Shown: positions 1-11,494, counted from the stretch's first letter. The stretch is 64,000 bases of DNA from Alphaproteobacteria bacterium (GCA_963422665.1 OY730441.1:3100318-3164317); one strand, 5' to 3'. Program-made: numbers and translations. The notes: a model not told the origin generated them from the sequence alone.

Positions 1-107
1 GTGGGAACAGCGGGCGCCGGAGTCAACCGGCGCATATGTCGATGGTCGGAGCGGCCGCTTTTGCGTCTGCCTTGGAAACTCGTCCGGCGACAGCGTTTCG
101 GGCGCCT

Positions 108-980
108 TCAGGACCTCGGGTCGAGCGCGTCTTGCAGCGCGTCGCCGAGGAAGTTGAAGGCGATCACCGTTGCGAAGATCAGCAGGCCCGGCCAGACGGC
201 GAGGCGCGGGGCCTGCCAGATCGTCTCCTGGGCGTGGGCGAGCATGTTGCCCCAGCTCGCCGCCGGCGGCTGGATGCCGAGCCCGAGAAAGGAGAGGACG
301 CTCTCGAACAGGATGATGTTCCCAACAGAAAGCGTCGTCGCGACCAGGATCGGCGAGGCGACATTCGGCAGGATGTGCCGGAGCGCGATGCGCCCGCTGC
401 CGGCGCCCAGCGCGCGGGCGGCCCGCACATAGTCCTGGGCGCGGGCGGCGAGCGCGGCGGCGCGCACCAGCCGGGCTACCGTCGTCCAGCCGACGAGCGC
501 CACGATGGCGATGACGCGGAAGAGGCTCGCATCCGTCCCGTCATCGAGGCCGAGCTTGCCGGGATCGACCGCCGCCAGCACGATCAGCAGCGGCAGCAGC
601 GGCAGGGCGATCACGCCGTCGGTCAGCCGCATGAGCGCGGTGTCGAACGCGCCGCCGCGATAGCCCGCCAGCAGGCCGAGGCCCGTGCCGATGAGCGCGG
701 CGATGAAGGCGGCGGCGAGCCCGACCGAGAGCGAGACCTGCCCGCCCCGGAGCAGCCTTGCCAGCAGGTCCCGCCCGAGATCGTCGGCGCCAAGCGGATG
801 GGCGGCCGACGGCGGCGCATAGCGGGAGAACAGGTCCACCGATTCGGCGTCGATGCCGAGCGCCGCTTCGATGAGCGGCGCGGACCAGGCGGCGGTCGCG
901 AACAGCAGCAGGAAGACCGCCCCGGCCAGCCCCGCCTTGTGGCGCCGGAACCGGAGCCAGGCCAGCGCGGCGGGACTCAT
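108..980 (-). CDS. ABC transporter permease (peptide/nickel type, DppC/OppC-like)
   Basis: 290-aa ORF with a multi-span hydrophobic profile and a binding-protein-dependent permease core (GGQVSLSVGLAAAFIAALIGTGLGLLAGY). ATG overlaps the stop of the upstream permease (ATGA at 977-980). Confidence 0.85.
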   Translation of the reverse strand: MSPAALAWLRFRRHKAGLAGAVFLLLFATAAWSAPLIEAALGIDAESVDLFSRYAPPSAAHPLGADDLGRDLLARLLRGGQVSLSVGLAAAFIAALIGTGLGLLAGYRGGAFDTALMRLTDGVIALPLLPLLIVLAAVDPGKLGLDDGTDASLFRVIAIVALVGWTTVARLVRAAALAARAQDYVRAARALGAGSGRIALRHILPNVASPILVATTLSVGNIILFESVLSFLGLGIQPPAASWGNMLAHAQETIWQAPRLAVWPGLLIFATVIAFNFLGDALQDALDPRS

Positions 981-1939
981 GCCCCGGCCCGGAAGGCGAT
1001 GCGCGGGTCGAGCGCGACATAGGCGCCGTCCGCGGCGATATTCGCGGCAAGCGTCGTGAAGGTTGCGAACAGCAGGCCGACCAGCGCGAGATTGTAGTCG
1101 CTCGCCATCACGGCGTTGTAGATGAGCGCGCCCATGCCGGGATAGCCGAACATGATTTCCGTGATGAGCGCGCCGGAGAAGAGCGCGCCCATGTCGAGCG
1201 CGAGGATCGTGACCACCGGGATCATCGCGTTGCGCAGCGCATGGCGGCGCAGGACGGCAGCGCGTGAGAGGCCCTTGGCCCGCGCGGTGCGCACATAGTC
1301 CTGGCGCAGCGCCTCGCGCATGGACGCGCGGACATAGCGTGCGATGCCGCCGGCGGAGAGCAGCCCCAGCACGGCCACCGGCAGGACGAGGTGGCGCAGC
1401 CGCTCCGCCCAGCCGGCGTCGCCCGCCGCCGGGTAGCCCGTCGCCGGCAGCCAGCCGAGCGTCACCGAAAACAGCAGCATGGCCATGATCGCGAGCCAGA
1501 AGGGCGGCGTGGAGATGCCGGCGAAGCAGAGGAAGTTGATAGCGTAATCGCCGAAGCGGTTGGCCTTGAGCGCGGCGAAAATGCCGGCCGGGAGCGCGAT
1601 GGCGACCGAGAGCGCAAAGGCGAGCCCCATCAGCAGGACCGTATGCGGCAGCCGCTCGGCCAGCAGGTCGAGCGCCGGGCGGTGGTAGATGCGGCTGTGG
1701 CCGAAATCGCCGCCGAGCGCCCGGCCCGCCCAGGCGAGGTAGCGTTCCCAGACGGGGCGGTCGAGGCCGTAGAGCGCCTTCAGCCGTTCGGTGTCTTCCG
1801 AGGTGAGTTCCGGGTCGGCCGCGATCATGGCGTCGATCGGGTCGCCCGGCATCAGGCCGATCAGCCCATAGACGGCGAAGGACATGACGGCCAGCACGAG
1901 CGCCGCCTGCAACAGGCGGCCGGCGAGAAAACGGCTCAT
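977..1939 (-). CDS. ABC transporter permease (DppB/OppB-like)
   Basis: Track ORF 977..2374 trimmed to the ATG at 1937-1939 (MSRFLAGRLLQAALVLAVMSF...), which overlaps the TGA of the upstream binding-protein gene. The 5' extension is Arg/Gly-rich and not protein-like. Confidence 0.85.
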   Translation of the reverse strand: MSRFLAGRLLQAALVLAVMSFAVYGLIGLMPGDPIDAMIAADPELTSEDTERLKALYGLDRPVWERYLAWAGRALGGDFGHSRIYHRPALDLLAERLPHTVLLMGLAFALSVAIALPAGIFAALKANRFGDYAINFLCFAGISTPPFWLAIMAMLLFSVTLGWLPATGYPAAGDAGWAERLRHLVLPVAVLGLLSAGGIARYVRASMREALRQDYVRTARAKGLSRAAVLRRHALRNAMIPVVTILALDMGALFSGALITEIMFGYPGMGALIYNAVMASDYNLALVGLLFATFTTLAANIAADGAYVALDPRIAFRAGA

Positions 1940-3591
1940 TCCCCGGCGCGCCACTCCTCGATCCAGAGCGTGGTCGGGTATTGGTGGCCGGTGGGCGTCA
2001 CGCCCTTGAGCCATTTCGGGAAGACATAGGGCGTGGCGCGGAAATAAAGCGGCAGCACCGGCAGGTCGCGCGCGTAAGCCGCCTGGAGTTCCGCCCAGAG
2101 GCCGCGCCGCCTTTCGCGGTTGAGCTCGGTCTCGATGCGGTCCAGCAGCCTGTCCACCTCCGGGTTCCGGTAGCCGGTGTAGTTCTGCCCGGACCAGTTG
2201 TTCTCCGCCGTCGGAATCATGGCGGAGTGAAGCGTCGAACGCGGCACGCTCTCCGGCGCTGACAGCCAGGCATACATTGCCAACCCGCTGAATTGCCGCT
2301 TGGAAACCGTTTCGCCGAAGAACACGCGCGCCGGCTGGTTGCGGATGCGCACATCGACGCCGACATCCTTCCACGCCGCCTGCAACACTTGCTGCACCAG
2401 TTCGCGCGAGCGGTTGCCGGCGGTGGTGCCAAGTTCGAGCCGGAGCGGCTCGCCGGCGGCGTTGCTGCGCCGGGTCCCCGGCCCGTCATTGGTCCAGCCC
2501 GCCTCGTCCAGCAGTTTCCGTGCGGCGTCCGGGTCGAACGGCGTGCGCGGCAGGTCGGCGTGATAGACCCGGTCGAGCGGACTGACCGGCCCGTGCGCCA
2601 CCGGCTGGCGGCCGAAAAAGAGGCGCTCCGAAATCGTCTCCCGGTCGACGGCGTGCAGCAGCGCCCGCCTGACGCGGATGTCGGCCAGCGCCGGATTGTC
2701 GAGATTGAGGTCGATATGCTCGTAGATCAGCCCCGCCTTGTAGGCGAAGTCCCAGGCGCCGCCCTCGCGCTGCTCCATCGCGGCCGCCTGGTCGAGGCTG
2801 AGGCCCAGTTCGCCGGCGATATAGTCGATGGCGCCCGAGCGCAGGTTGACCTCCAGCGCGGCGGTATTCTCGACGATGCGGACGATGATGGTCTCGAAGG
2901 CCGCCGGCTCGCCCCACCAGGTCGCGTTGCGCCTGAATTCGATGACGGCGCCCGGCTCCACGCGAACGACCCGGTAGGGGCCGAACCAGAGGCCGGGATT
3001 GGCGCTGTCGGCGTCATAGGCGGTGCGGGTGCGGTAGTCCGCCGGCCCGGCCTCGAAATTGGCGCGGTCGATATGCGCCGGAAGCACGAGGCCGCCGATG
3101 TCGTTGTAGTCGAAGGTCACGCGGTCGATATGCAGGGTGAAACGGCGCTCGTCATGGACCTCCAGCCTGAGGATGCGCCGGAAGAGCTCCGCCGAGGCGA
3201 CGCCGGATTGCGGGTGCTTGCCGACCTCGACGGCGAAGGCCACATCCTTCACCGTCACCGGAACGCCGTCGCCCCAGCGCGCATCCGGGCGGATCGTATA
3301 GGTGACGGCGATGCCGTCCTTGCCGTCGGGCGTCTTCTCCAGCACCGCGCCGCCGTTCTCGACGGTCGGAAGCTCGACGCAGAGCATGCAGACGAGCCGC
3401 CAGTCCGGGTCGTAGGCCGTGAACGGGCGCAACCCCATCGCGAGCGCGTAGCTCTTGGCCAGCATCGAGTCGATCTGCGGATGCAAGGTCGAGGGGAACT
3501 GGGTCATGCCGATAACAAGCCGCTCCTTCGCCCCCGCCGGCAGGGCGGCGGCGAACAACAGCAGGACCGCAGCGGCGACGACGCGGATCAT
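1936..3591 (-). CDS. ABC transporter substrate-binding protein, family 5 (peptide/nickel)
   Basis: About 550 aa with an N-terminal signal peptide (MIRVVAAAVLLLFAAALPAGA) and a family-5 SBP-like body. ATG at 3589-3591 is preceded by GAGAGG. First gene of the SBP-permease-permease operon. Confidence 0.85.
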   Translation of the reverse strand: MIRVVAAAVLLLFAAALPAGAKERLVIGMTQFPSTLHPQIDSMLAKSYALAMGLRPFTAYDPDWRLVCMLCVELPTVENGGAVLEKTPDGKDGIAVTYTIRPDARWGDGVPVTVKDVAFAVEVGKHPQSGVASAELFRRILRLEVHDERRFTLHIDRVTFDYNDIGGLVLPAHIDRANFEAGPADYRTRTAYDADSANPGLWFGPYRVVRVEPGAVIEFRRNATWWGEPAAFETIIVRIVENTAALEVNLRSGAIDYIAGELGLSLDQAAAMEQREGGAWDFAYKAGLIYEHIDLNLDNPALADIRVRRALLHAVDRETISERLFFGRQPVAHGPVSPLDRVYHADLPRTPFDPDAARKLLDEAGWTNDGPGTRRSNAAGEPLRLELGTTAGNRSRELVQQVLQAAWKDVGVDVRIRNQPARVFFGETVSKRQFSGLAMYAWLSAPESVPRSTLHSAMIPTAENNWSGQNYTGYRNPEVDRLLDRIETELNRERRRGLWAELQAAYARDLPVLPLYFRATPYVFPKWLKGVTPTGHQYPTTLWIEEWRAGE

Positions 3592-3664
3592 GGCCAAACC
3601 TCTCTGAGCGACGGGAGGAAATTAGCCGCTCCGCCGGACCGGCGGAATGACGTTTGCCGCGGCT

Positions 3665-4336
3665 TCACGCCGTCGCTGCCGCCAGCCAGTCTTCCAGCCT
3701 GTCGGCGATGTGGTGGACGGCGACCGGATCGAGGCCCCGGGCGGCCTGGGGCCGTTCGGTGCGCAGCCAGACGGTCGTCATGCCCGAGGCGGCGGCGGGG
3801 ATGAGGTTGCGGGCCGTGTCCTCCACCATGACCGCACGGCGGGGATCGACCGCGTGGCGGGTGAGCAGGCGACGGTAGCCTTCCCGGTCCGGCTTGGGAA
3901 GGAACCCGGCGGCCTCGACATCGAACACCGCCTCGAAATGGGCGCTGAGGCCGAGTCGGTCCAGCACGCGCTCGGCATGGGCGGTATTCGCATTGGTGTG
4001 GATGAGCCGCCGGCCCGGCAGCCGCGCCAACAGCCGCTGAAGGCGCGGGGAGGGATGGAGCGAGGAGAGGTCGAGGCGATGCGTTTCCTCCAGATAGTCA
4101 TGGGGGTCCACGCCGCATTCCGCAATCAGCCCCCCGAGGGTCATGCCGTAGCGACCGAGCCAGTCCTTGCGCAGCCGGTGCGACTCGCGCGCCGAAACGC
4201 CGAGACGACGCTCGATAAAGGCGGAGATCGCCGCTTCCATCTGCTGCGAGAGGTCGCATTCCGACGGGCTGTAGAGTGTGTTGTCGAGGTCGAAGACCCA
4301 GCAGTCCACGCCGTCGGGGTCCGGCGCGGTCGTCAT
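3665..4336 (-). CDS. HAD-superfamily hydrolase, pyrimidine 5'-nucleotidase-like
   Basis: DxDxT motif ([10 protein letters not shown]) near the N-terminus and a later HAD motif (MVEDTARNL). Start overlaps the argB stop. Confidence 0.75.
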   Translation of the reverse strand: MTTAPDPDGVDCWVFDLDNTLYSPSECDLSQQMEAAISAFIERRLGVSARESHRLRKDWLGRYGMTLGGLIAECGVDPHDYLEETHRLDLSSLHPSPRLQRLLARLPGRRLIHTNANTAHAERVLDRLGLSAHFEAVFDVEAAGFLPKPDREGYRRLLTRHAVDPRRAVMVEDTARNLIPAAASGMTTVWLRTERPQAARGLDPVAVHHIADRLEDWLAAATA

Positions 4337-5250
4337 CGCCGCCGGATCAGCGTGCCCACGCCCGAGCGCGTCAGGATTTCCAGCAGCACGGCATGGTCCA
4401 TCCGCCCGTCAAGGATGACCGCCGCCTCGACCCCGCCCTCCACGGCCTCCAGGCAGGTTTCGACTTTCGGGATCATGCCGCCCTTGACCGCGCCGCTGGC
4501 GATCATGCGCCGGGCGCGGTTGCGGTCCATTTCGGCAATAAGCCGGCCGTCCTCGTCCAGCACGCCGGGCACATCGGTCAGCAGCAGGAAACGGCGCGCC
4601 TTGCAGGCGGCGGCGATGGCGCCGGCGACCGTATCCGCGTTGACATTGTAGGTCTCGCCGTCCGCGCCGAGCCCGATGGGCGCGACGACCGGGATGAAAC
4701 CTGCCTGGGCGAGCGCGTCGATCACCGCGGTATCGACGGCCGAGGGCTCGCCGACGAAGCCCAGGTCGAGCGCCTTTTCGATATTCGATTCCGGGTCGCG
4801 CCGTGTGTGCTTCAGACGTTTCGCCGTCATCAGCCCGGCATCCTTGCCGGACAGCCCGACGGCGCGGCCGCCCGCCGCGCCGATGGCCGCGGCCACCGCC
4901 TTGTTGATGCGGCCGGCCAGCACCATCTCGACGATCTCGACCGTATCGGCGCTGGTGACGCGAAGGCCGTCCACGAAATCGCTGCCGATGCCGAGGCGCT
5001 CCAGCATCCGGCCGATCTGCGGGCCGCCGCCATGAACCACGACCGGATGGATCCCGATCTGCTTCATCAGCACCACGTCGCGCCCGAATGCGGCGAGCGC
5101 GTCGGCATCGCCCATCGCGTGCCCGCCATATTTCACCACCACGGTCGCGCCGGCATAGCGCGCGATATGAGGCGCCGCTTCGGAGAGCACGGCCGCTTTC
5201 GCGATGCCCTCGGCAATCGGGCCGGAAACGGCGGCGGCAGCCTCGGTCAT
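4333..5250 (-). CDS. argB: acetylglutamate kinase
   Basis: Track ORF 4333..5907 trimmed to the ATG at 5248-5250 ([11 protein letters not shown]...). Amino-acid-kinase family sequence ([29 protein letters not shown]). Confidence 0.9.
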   Translation of the reverse strand: MTEAAAAVSGPIAEGIAKAAVLSEAAPHIARYAGATVVVKYGGHAMGDADALAAFGRDVVLMKQIGIHPVVVHGGGPQIGRMLERLGIGSDFVDGLRVTSADTVEIVEMVLAGRINKAVAAAIGAAGGRAVGLSGKDAGLMTAKRLKHTRRDPESNIEKALDLGFVGEPSAVDTAVIDALAQAGFIPVVAPIGLGADGETYNVNADTVAGAIAAACKARRFLLLTDVPGVLDEDGRLIAEMDRNRARRMIASGAVKGGMIPKVETCLEAVEGGVEAAVILDGRMDHAVLLEILTRSGVGTLIRRR

Positions 5251-5909
5251 GGGCTCGAGTCCTCTGCAAGGGCGGCGAGTTCGGCGCGCAACCGGGGGAT
5301 GCCGCCGCCGGCGCGCGCGCTGGTGGCGATGACGGACGGGTGGGCCGCCGCCCGCCGGGCAATGCCGGCCTCGACTTCGGCAACCGCCCGGCCCAGCGCC
5401 GGCGCGCTCAATTTGTCGATCTTGGTCAGCACCACCTGATAGACGACGGCGGCCCGGTCGAGCGCCTCCATCAGCGCGCCGTCGCTGTCCTTGAGCCCGT
5501 GCCGGGCATCGACCAGCAGGCAGAGCCGGCGCAGCGTCGCCCGCCCGGCGAGGAAGTCCCGCGTCAGCGCCGTCCAGGCCGCCGACTTGCTCCGGGACAC
5601 CTTGGCATAGCCGTAGCCCGGCAGGTCCACGAGCCCGAGCCGCCCGGCGAGGTCGAAGAAGATCAGCGCCTGGGTCCGGCCGGGCGTATTCGAGGTGCGC
5701 GCCAGGCTGTTGCGGCCCGTCAGCGCGTTCACGAGGCTCGATTTGCCTACGTTGGACCGGCCCGCGAAGGCGACTTCCGGCAGCCCGGCCGGCGGAAGCT
5801 GGGCCGCCTCGGCGGCGGCCGCCACGAAGCGACACTCCCCGGCAAAGAGCCGCCGGCCCCGCTCGATCCTGTCCTCGGGGGCCTCTCCCAGGGGGCCGGG
5901 CGCGCACAC
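5247..5909 (-). CDS. engB: ribosome-biogenesis GTPase YihA/EngB
   Basis: P-loop [17 protein letters not shown] and TKIDK motifs. Conserved position downstream of yidC. GTG start. Confidence 0.9.
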   Translation of the reverse strand: MCAPGPLGEAPEDRIERGRRLFAGECRFVAAAAEAAQLPPAGLPEVAFAGRSNVGKSSLVNALTGRNSLARTSNTPGRTQALIFFDLAGRLGLVDLPGYGYAKVSRSKSAAWTALTRDFLAGRATLRRLCLLVDARHGLKDSDGALMEALDRAAVVYQVVLTKIDKLSAPALGRAVAEVEAGIARRAAAHPSVIATSARAGGGIPRLRAELAALAEDSSP

Positions 5910-5922
5910 GGGCCTGCGGGCC

Positions 5923-7668
5923 TCAGGTCTTGCCGGCCGTCGCGCGGGTCACGCCTGCCCGGCGCATGATGACCCATTGCTGCGCCATGGAAAGCAGGTT
6001 GTTCCAGGTCCAGTAGATCACCAGCCCGGCCGGGAAGGTCGCCAGCAGGAAGGTGAACACCAGCGGCATGAACTGGAAGATCTTGGCCTGGATCGGGTCG
6101 GCGGGCGTCGGGTTGAGGCGCATCTGCGCCCACATCGAAATGCCCATCAGGATCGGCCATATGCCGAGATGGAGGAAGGAGGGCGGCCCCCAGTCCACCA
6201 GGCCGAAGAGCGTGAACAGGTTGGTCGGATCGACCGCAGAGAGGTCCACGATCCAGCCAAAGAACGGCGCATGGCGCATCTCGATCGCCACGAACAGCAC
6301 CTTGTAGAGCGCGAAGAAGACCGGAATCTGGATCAGGATCGGCAGGCAGCCGGCGGCCGGGTTGACCTTCTCGCGCTTGTAGAGCGCCATCATTTCCTGG
6401 TTGAGCTTCTGCCGGTCGTCGCCCAGCCGCTCGCGCAGCTTCACCATTTCCGGCTGCAGCGCCTTCATCTGGCTCATCGAACGGTAGGACTTGTTCGCGA
6501 GCGGGAAGAAGACGAGCTTGACCGCGACGGTAAGCGCGAGGATGGCCAGGCCGAAATTGCCGAGCACGCCCTGGAGCCAGGACAAGGCGTAGAAAAACGG
6601 CTTGGTGAGGAAGTAGAACCAGCCGAAATCGATGGCGAGATCGAATTTGGCGAAGTCCAGATCGTCCCGGTAGCGGTCCAGAAGATGGGCTTTCTTCGCG
6701 CCGGCGAACACATGGTTGCGGACCGTTGTCCGCCCGCCCGGCGGAACGGTCACGGCTTCGCGCAGATAGTCCGTCTGATACTTGTCGACGCCCTGCTCAA
6801 GCCGGTGCAGGAAGCGCGCCGTGAAGGCTTCGCCCGGCTCCGGGATCAGCGCCGTCAGCCAGTATTTGTCGGTGATGCCGAGCCAGCCCTGCGTATTCTC
6901 GACCTTGATCTCGCCGTCGTCGACGAGGTCGTCGTAGTCGTGCTCCTGCAACCCCTCGCCGAGAACCCCGAGCGGCCCTTCATGCAGGATGAAGAAACCC
7001 GAGGTCTCCGGCGTGCCGGAGCGGGAGACAAGGCCGTAGGGGAAGAGCGCAACCGGCGAGCCGGTGTCGTTGGCGACGGACTGCTCGACCGTCACCAGAT
7101 AGTCGTCCGCGAGCACGAAGGTGCGGGTGAAGCGCAAGCCCGCGCCATTGTCCCAGGCGAGTTTCAACGGCCGCTCGCGGGTGAGCGTACGGTCGTTGGT
7201 GGACCAGAGCGCGTCCCGCGTCGGCGTCGGCGTCGCGCCGTCGGCGGCGACCCAGCCGATCTCCGCGTAGAAGGCGCTGCGCTGGCCCGGCGGCGAGAGC
7301 AGGGTAATGCGCGCGCTCCCGGGATCGGTCGTCTCGTGGTAGTCCTTCAGCGTAATGCTGTCGATACGTGCGCCGGCGAGCGGGATCGACCCGGCGATGC
7401 GGGCGTCGTCTATCGGGATGCGCGGCGTTTCGGCTCCGCCCGAAGCGGGCGTGGAGGCGGTTTTCGGTCCGGCAGCGGCGCCCGGCAGGGCGGGGCGGCT
7501 GCCGGAGGGCGCCGGAATGGCATCGGTCGCGGCGCCCGGAACAGGCGGCGCGCCTGCCTCCTCCGCCGGACGGGGCGGCGTTTCCGGCGGCGGCATCAGC
7601 ATGTTGAAGCCGAGCAGGATGGCGATCGAGATGACGATCGCGAGGAGGAGGTTGCGGTTGTCGGGCAC
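5923..7668 (-). CDS. yidC: membrane protein insertase YidC
   Basis: 581 aa with an N-terminal TM (LLLAIVISIAILLGF), a large periplasmic domain and a C-terminal 60-kDa insertase core (NPAAGCLPILIQIPVFFALYKVL). Confidence 0.92.
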   Translation of the reverse strand: MPDNRNLLLAIVISIAILLGFNMLMPPPETPPRPAEEAGAPPVPGAATDAIPAPSGSRPALPGAAAGPKTASTPASGGAETPRIPIDDARIAGSIPLAGARIDSITLKDYHETTDPGSARITLLSPPGQRSAFYAEIGWVAADGATPTPTRDALWSTNDRTLTRERPLKLAWDNGAGLRFTRTFVLADDYLVTVEQSVANDTGSPVALFPYGLVSRSGTPETSGFFILHEGPLGVLGEGLQEHDYDDLVDDGEIKVENTQGWLGITDKYWLTALIPEPGEAFTARFLHRLEQGVDKYQTDYLREAVTVPPGGRTTVRNHVFAGAKKAHLLDRYRDDLDFAKFDLAIDFGWFYFLTKPFFYALSWLQGVLGNFGLAILALTVAVKLVFFPLANKSYRSMSQMKALQPEMVKLRERLGDDRQKLNQEMMALYKREKVNPAAGCLPILIQIPVFFALYKVLFVAIEMRHAPFFGWIVDLSAVDPTNLFTLFGLVDWGPPSFLHLGIWPILMGISMWAQMRLNPTPADPIQAKIFQFMPLVFTFLLATFPAGLVIYWTWNNLLSMAQQWVIMRRAGVTRATAGKT

Positions 7669-7685
7669 GGGGCGGAAGCGTCCGT

Positions 7686-7919
7686 TCAGCGGCTTTGGGC
7701 ACTGTCGTCCAGCGGCACCGGGTCATAGCCCGAACCGCCCCAGGGATGGCAGCGGGCGAGGCGTTTCGCCGCAAGCCAGCCGCCGCGCAGCATGCCATGC
7801 GTGTCGATGGCTTCCAGCGCAAATGCGGAACAGGTCGGCATGTAGCGGCAATTGGCGGGAAGCCACGGCGAGACCAGCCAGCGATAGGCGTAGATCGGCG
7901 TCTTGAGGAGCAGCTTCAT
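7686..7919 (-). CDS. yidD: membrane protein insertion efficiency factor YidD
   Basis: 77 aa with the YidD signature ([15 protein letters not shown] ... [14 protein letters not shown]). Lies between rnpA and yidC. Confidence 0.85.
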   Translation of the reverse strand: MKLLLKTPIYAYRWLVSPWLPANCRYMPTCSAFALEAIDTHGMLRGGWLAAKRLARCHPWGGSGYDPVPLDDSAQSR

Positions 7920-8248
7920 CGCCGTTCGACCCTATTGGCGGCGGCTTTCAGGTCGCCGACCAGCGCCTCCCAGCGCCGCGAGAGCGCGGCGCGGCGGCCG
8001 ATCACGACATAATCCCTGCCGGGGCGCCGCCCCAGCGACTCGCGGACGGCCGCCCGCAGGCGCCGGCGCACCCGGTTGCGCTCGACGGCATTGCCGACCT
8101 TCTTCGACACGGTATAGCCGATCCTCATGGGTCCATCGTCGTCGCGGGGGCGCATTTGCAACACCAGTCCCGTCGCAGCCCAGCGCCGCCCGCCCGCCCG
8201 GACACGGAGGAATTCGGCGCGATTCTTGAGCGTCCGGGGGGCGTCCAT
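7916..8248 (-). CDS. rnpA: ribonuclease P protein component
   Basis: Track ORF 7916..8419 trimmed to the ATG at 8246-8248 ([17 protein letters not shown]...). RNase P protein motif [22 protein letters not shown]. Overlaps the yidD start. Confidence 0.85.
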   Translation of the reverse strand: MDAPRTLKNRAEFLRVRAGGRRWAATGLVLQMRPRDDDGPMRIGYTVSKKVGNAVERNRVRRRLRAAVRESLGRRPGRDYVVIGRRAALSRRWEALVGDLKAAANRVERR

Positions 8249-8268
8249 GCGCGTCGGCGGGGTCGGGC

Positions 8269-8403
8269 TCAGGCCGAAAGGACCTTGCGCCCCTTGGCGC
8301 GCCGCCGTTGCAGCACACGGCGGCCGCCAACGGTCGCCTTGCGGGCGCGGAAACCGTGGCGCCGTTTGCGCACGAGGCGGCTCGGCTGGAAAGTGCGTTT
8401 CAC
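8269..8403 (-). CDS. rpmH: 50S ribosomal protein L34
   Basis: 44 codons: [44 protein letters not shown], with a GTG start at 8401-8403. Hidden at the end of a spurious 300-aa track ORF. Confidence 0.9.
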   Translation of the reverse strand: MKRTFQPSRLVRKRRHGFRARKATVGGRRVLQRRRAKGRKVLSA

Positions 8404-8454
8404 GGAATATGAGCTCCATCGCGGACGAGATGAACGGCCACCGGCCGCATCCGG

Positions 8455-9264
8455 ATGACCCGAATAATGGTGATACCGGCGCCCGCTGTCAACGCTATGA
8501 TGGCGGCAGCGGACGATGCGGAGGTGCGGGCGATGGCCGCAACCGGGCGGCGCTCCTGGAGCGCCGCGGCGAAACGCCTCTCGATCCTGGCGGTGCTGGC
8601 GGCAGGCCTTGCCGTGTTTTTCGCCGCCGGGCTCCAGGAGCATTTGAGTTTCGAGGCGCTGCGGGACAACCGGGAAATGCTGGCAAGCTGGGTCGAGGAG
8701 AACCGGTTCGCGGCGCTGCTCGCCTACGCCGCCGCTTATGTCGTCGTCATCGCCTTCTCGCTGCCGGTGGGCGCGGTGGCGACCATTTCCGGCGGATTCT
8801 TCTTCGGGCTCTGGTTCGGGACCGCGGCAACGGTCGTCGGCGCCACGCTCGGCGCGACGGCGCTGTTCATCGCGGCCCGGACCGTGCTCGGCGGCCGGCT
8901 GCGCGCCAGGGTCGGCGCCGCGCTCGAACGCATGGACAGCGGCTTTCGGCAGAATGCCTTCAACTACCTGCTCGTGCTGAGACTGGTGCCCCTGTTCCCC
9001 TTCTTCCTCGTCAATATCGCGCCGGCCTTCGCGAATGTCCGGCTCGCGACCTATGTCTTGGCCACCTTTCTCGGCATCATCCCCGGCACTTTCGTCTATA
9101 CGAGCGTCGGCAACGGGCTGGGAGCGGTGTTCGACAGCGGCGGCGAGCCCGATCTCGGGCTCATCCTGCAACCGGAAATCCTGCTGCCGATTCTCGGGCT
9201 TTCGGCGCTGGCCCTGGTCCCGGCGATCTACAGGCGCTTCCGGCGCAGCCCGCCGCCGGCATGA
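8455..9264 (+). CDS. TVP38/TMEM64 (SNARE-associated, DedA-related) membrane protein
   Basis: 269 aa, multi-TM, with the family core [23 protein letters not shown]...[12 protein letters not shown]. The exact start is uncertain. Confidence 0.75.
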   Translation: MTRIMVIPAPAVNAMMAAADDAEVRAMAATGRRSWSAAAKRLSILAVLAAGLAVFFAAGLQEHLSFEALRDNREMLASWVEENRFAALLAYAAAYVVVIAFSLPVGAVATISGGFFFGLWFGTAATVVGATLGATALFIAARTVLGGRLRARVGAALERMDSGFRQNAFNYLLVLRLVPLFPFFLVNIAPAFANVRLATYVLATFLGIIPGTFVYTSVGNGLGAVFDSGGEPDLGLILQPEILLPILGLSALALVPAIYRRFRRSPPPA

Positions 9265-9329
9265 CGCAGCGGTTCGCGGCGCACTCCATGCGGCGTTCCC
9301 CGCCCCGCTTGCGATAACGAGCCGGGGCG

Positions 9330-10706
9330 ATGCGGCTGCCGCGCTCGTTTCGTTCGCTTTCGGCGCGCCTGCTCGTGCTGACCGTATTCTTCGTCATGCT
9401 GGCGGAGCTGCTGATCTATGCGCCGTCCATCGCGCGCTTTCGCATCGCCTATCTGGCGGACCGGCTGGCGGACGCGCATATCGCCGCGCTTGCGTTGGAG
9501 GCGGCGCCGACGCGGGCGGTGGACGAGGCGCTGGAGATGCGCCTGTTGCGCCATGTGTCGGCCTACAGCGTCGAGCTGCGGGTGGGCGAGCACACGACCT
9601 ACGTGCTTGGCGACGGCATGCCGCCGGAAGCGGATGCCGCCTTCGAGCTCGACGAGGCCATGGCGGTCTCCTCGGTCTGGGAAGCCGCCTCCGCCCTGGC
9701 CCGGCGGCGAAACCGGGTCTTGCGGGTTAGCGGCAGTTCCTCCCACGAGCCGGGCGCGCGGGTCGAGATCACGATGGACGAATGGCCGATGCGCCGCGCG
9801 ATGATCGCCTATTCCGAGCGTACCCTGCTGCTCTCGCTGGTCATCTCGGCGCTGACGGCCGCGGCCGTCTTCCTGACGCTGCACTGGCTGATGGTCCGCC
9901 CGATGGGCCGGTTGACCGAGGCGATGGTGCGGTTCGGCACCGATCCCGAAGACCAGAGCCGCATCCACGCGCCGTCGGAGCGCAGCGACGAGATCGGCGC
10001 CGCCGAGCACCAGCTTGCCGGAATGCAGCGCCGCCTCCACGCCGCGCTCAGCCACCGGGCGCATCTGGCGGCGGTCGGGGAGGGCGTGGCGAAGATCAAT
10101 CACGATCTGCGCAACATGCTGGCCTCCGCCCAGCTCGTCTCCGACAGCCTGGGAGAGAGTCGCGACCCTCGCGTGCGCAAGGCCGTCCCGACCCTGGTCG
10201 GAGCGCTCGACCGGGCGGTCGGCCTCTGCACGCGGGTGGTGGATTTCGCACGCGCAGGCGGCCCCCGGCTTACCCTGGAGGCGGTGCTGCTGGCGGAGGT
10301 GATCGACGATGCGGCGGGCGTCGCCGGCAAGGGCGCGGCATGGGCCAACGGCGTCCAGCCCGGCATCGCGGTGGAAGGCGACCGTGAGCAATTGTTCCGC
10401 GTCTTCGCCAATCTCGCCCGCAATGCGGCGGAGGCGGGCGCCAGGGCCGTTTCGGCGACCGCCAGAGTGCGCGAAGGGCGCGTGCATGTGACGATCGCGG
10501 ATGACGGTCCCGGCCTGCCGGAGCGGGCGCGCGCGAATCTGTTCCGGCCCTTCCAGGGCTCGACGCGGCCCGACGGCTCCGGGCTCGGCTTGGCGATCGC
10601 GCGCGAGATCGTGCGCGCCCATGGCGGCTCGATCCGGTTGATTTCTTCCGACGGCGAGGGGACGGTGTTCCGGCTGGATTTCGCGATGCACAGGGAACGG
10701 CGATGA
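9330..10706 (+). CDS. sensor histidine kinase (no adjacent response regulator)
   Basis: N-terminal TM segments, H-box ([16 protein letters not shown]) and ATPase N/G boxes ([31 protein letters not shown]). Confidence 0.8.
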   Translation: MRLPRSFRSLSARLLVLTVFFVMLAELLIYAPSIARFRIAYLADRLADAHIAALALEAAPTRAVDEALEMRLLRHVSAYSVELRVGEHTTYVLGDGMPPEADAAFELDEAMAVSSVWEAASALARRRNRVLRVSGSSSHEPGARVEITMDEWPMRRAMIAYSERTLLLSLVISALTAAAVFLTLHWLMVRPMGRLTEAMVRFGTDPEDQSRIHAPSERSDEIGAAEHQLAGMQRRLHAALSHRAHLAAVGEGVAKINHDLRNMLASAQLVSDSLGESRDPRVRKAVPTLVGALDRAVGLCTRVVDFARAGGPRLTLEAVLLAEVIDDAAGVAGKGAAWANGVQPGIAVEGDREQLFRVFANLARNAAEAGARAVSATARVREGRVHVTIADDGPGLPERARANLFRPFQGSTRPDGSGLGLAIAREIVRAHGGSIRLISSDGEGTVFRLDFAMHRERR

Positions 10707-11494
10707 GCACACGAGGGGGCGGGGCCTGGGACCCCGGGCAGTATCTGCGCTTCGGCGGGCACCGCTTGCGCCCGGCGCTCGAACTGTTCCAGCGCGTCGA
10801 GCACGATGCCGTCGGCCTCGCCGTCGATATGGGTTGCGGCACCGGCGATATCGCCCGCGCCATGGCGGCGCGCTGGCCGGAGGCCGAGGTGCGCGGGCAC
10901 GACCTCTCGGAAGCGATGCTGGAGGAGGCGGAGGCCGCGGACCCCGACGCCCGTGTTGCCTGGTCGAGGACCGACCTCCGGGACTGGCGGCCCGACCGGC
11001 CGGTGGATGTGCTCTACGCCAACGCCGTTTACCAGTGGGCGGACGACCACGAGACGCTTTTCCCGAGGCTGCTGGGCGCGCTGGCTCCGGGCGGCGTGTT
11101 CGCCGCGCAGATGCCGATGAGCTGGTCGGAGCCGAGCCATAGGGGGTTGCGCGACGTCCTCGCCGAACACGGCTTCGGCACGCCGGAATTGCGGACGCGG
11201 CTAGCGCGCAAGTGGGTGGCGGAGGCCGACCGGTATTACGGCCTGCTCCGTCCGCTCGTGGCGGAGCTGGACATCTGGGAGACCCGCTACCTCCAGGTGC
11301 TCCAGGGCGGGGACCCGGTGCTGGAATGGGTCAAGGGTACGGGGCTGCGTCCGGTGCTCGAAGCGCTCGAGGGCGAGGAGAAGGACCGCTTCCTCGCCCT
11401 CTACGCCGCCCGCCTCCGCGAACTCTATCCGAGGCGCGACAGCGGCGAGACCCTCTATCCCTTCCCCCGCCTGTTCATCGTGGCCCGGCTGTAG
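10703..11494 (+). CDS. tam: trans-aconitate 2-methyltransferase-like SAM methyltransferase
   Basis: Tam-like N-terminus (WDPGQYLRFGGHRLRP) and SAM motif I (VDMGCGTGDIA). ATGA overlap with the kinase stop. Confidence 0.78.
   Translation: MSTRGGGAWDPGQYLRFGGHRLRPALELFQRVEHDAVGLAVDMGCGTGDIARAMAARWPEAEVRGHDLSEAMLEEAEAADPDARVAWSRTDLRDWRPDRPVDVLYANAVYQWADDHETLFPRLLGALAPGGVFAAQMPMSWSEPSHRGLRDVLAEHGFGTPELRTRLARKWVAEADRYYGLLRPLVAELDIWETRYLQVLQGGDPVLEWVKGTGLRPVLEALEGEEKDRFLALYAARLRELYPRRDSGETLYPFPRLFIVARL

Noticed and set aside
1-35. Start of a further minus-strand gene (ATG at 33-35, MRRLTPAPAVP...), possibly the operon's ATPase
   Set aside because: Only 11 codons are in the window and they carry no recognisable motif.
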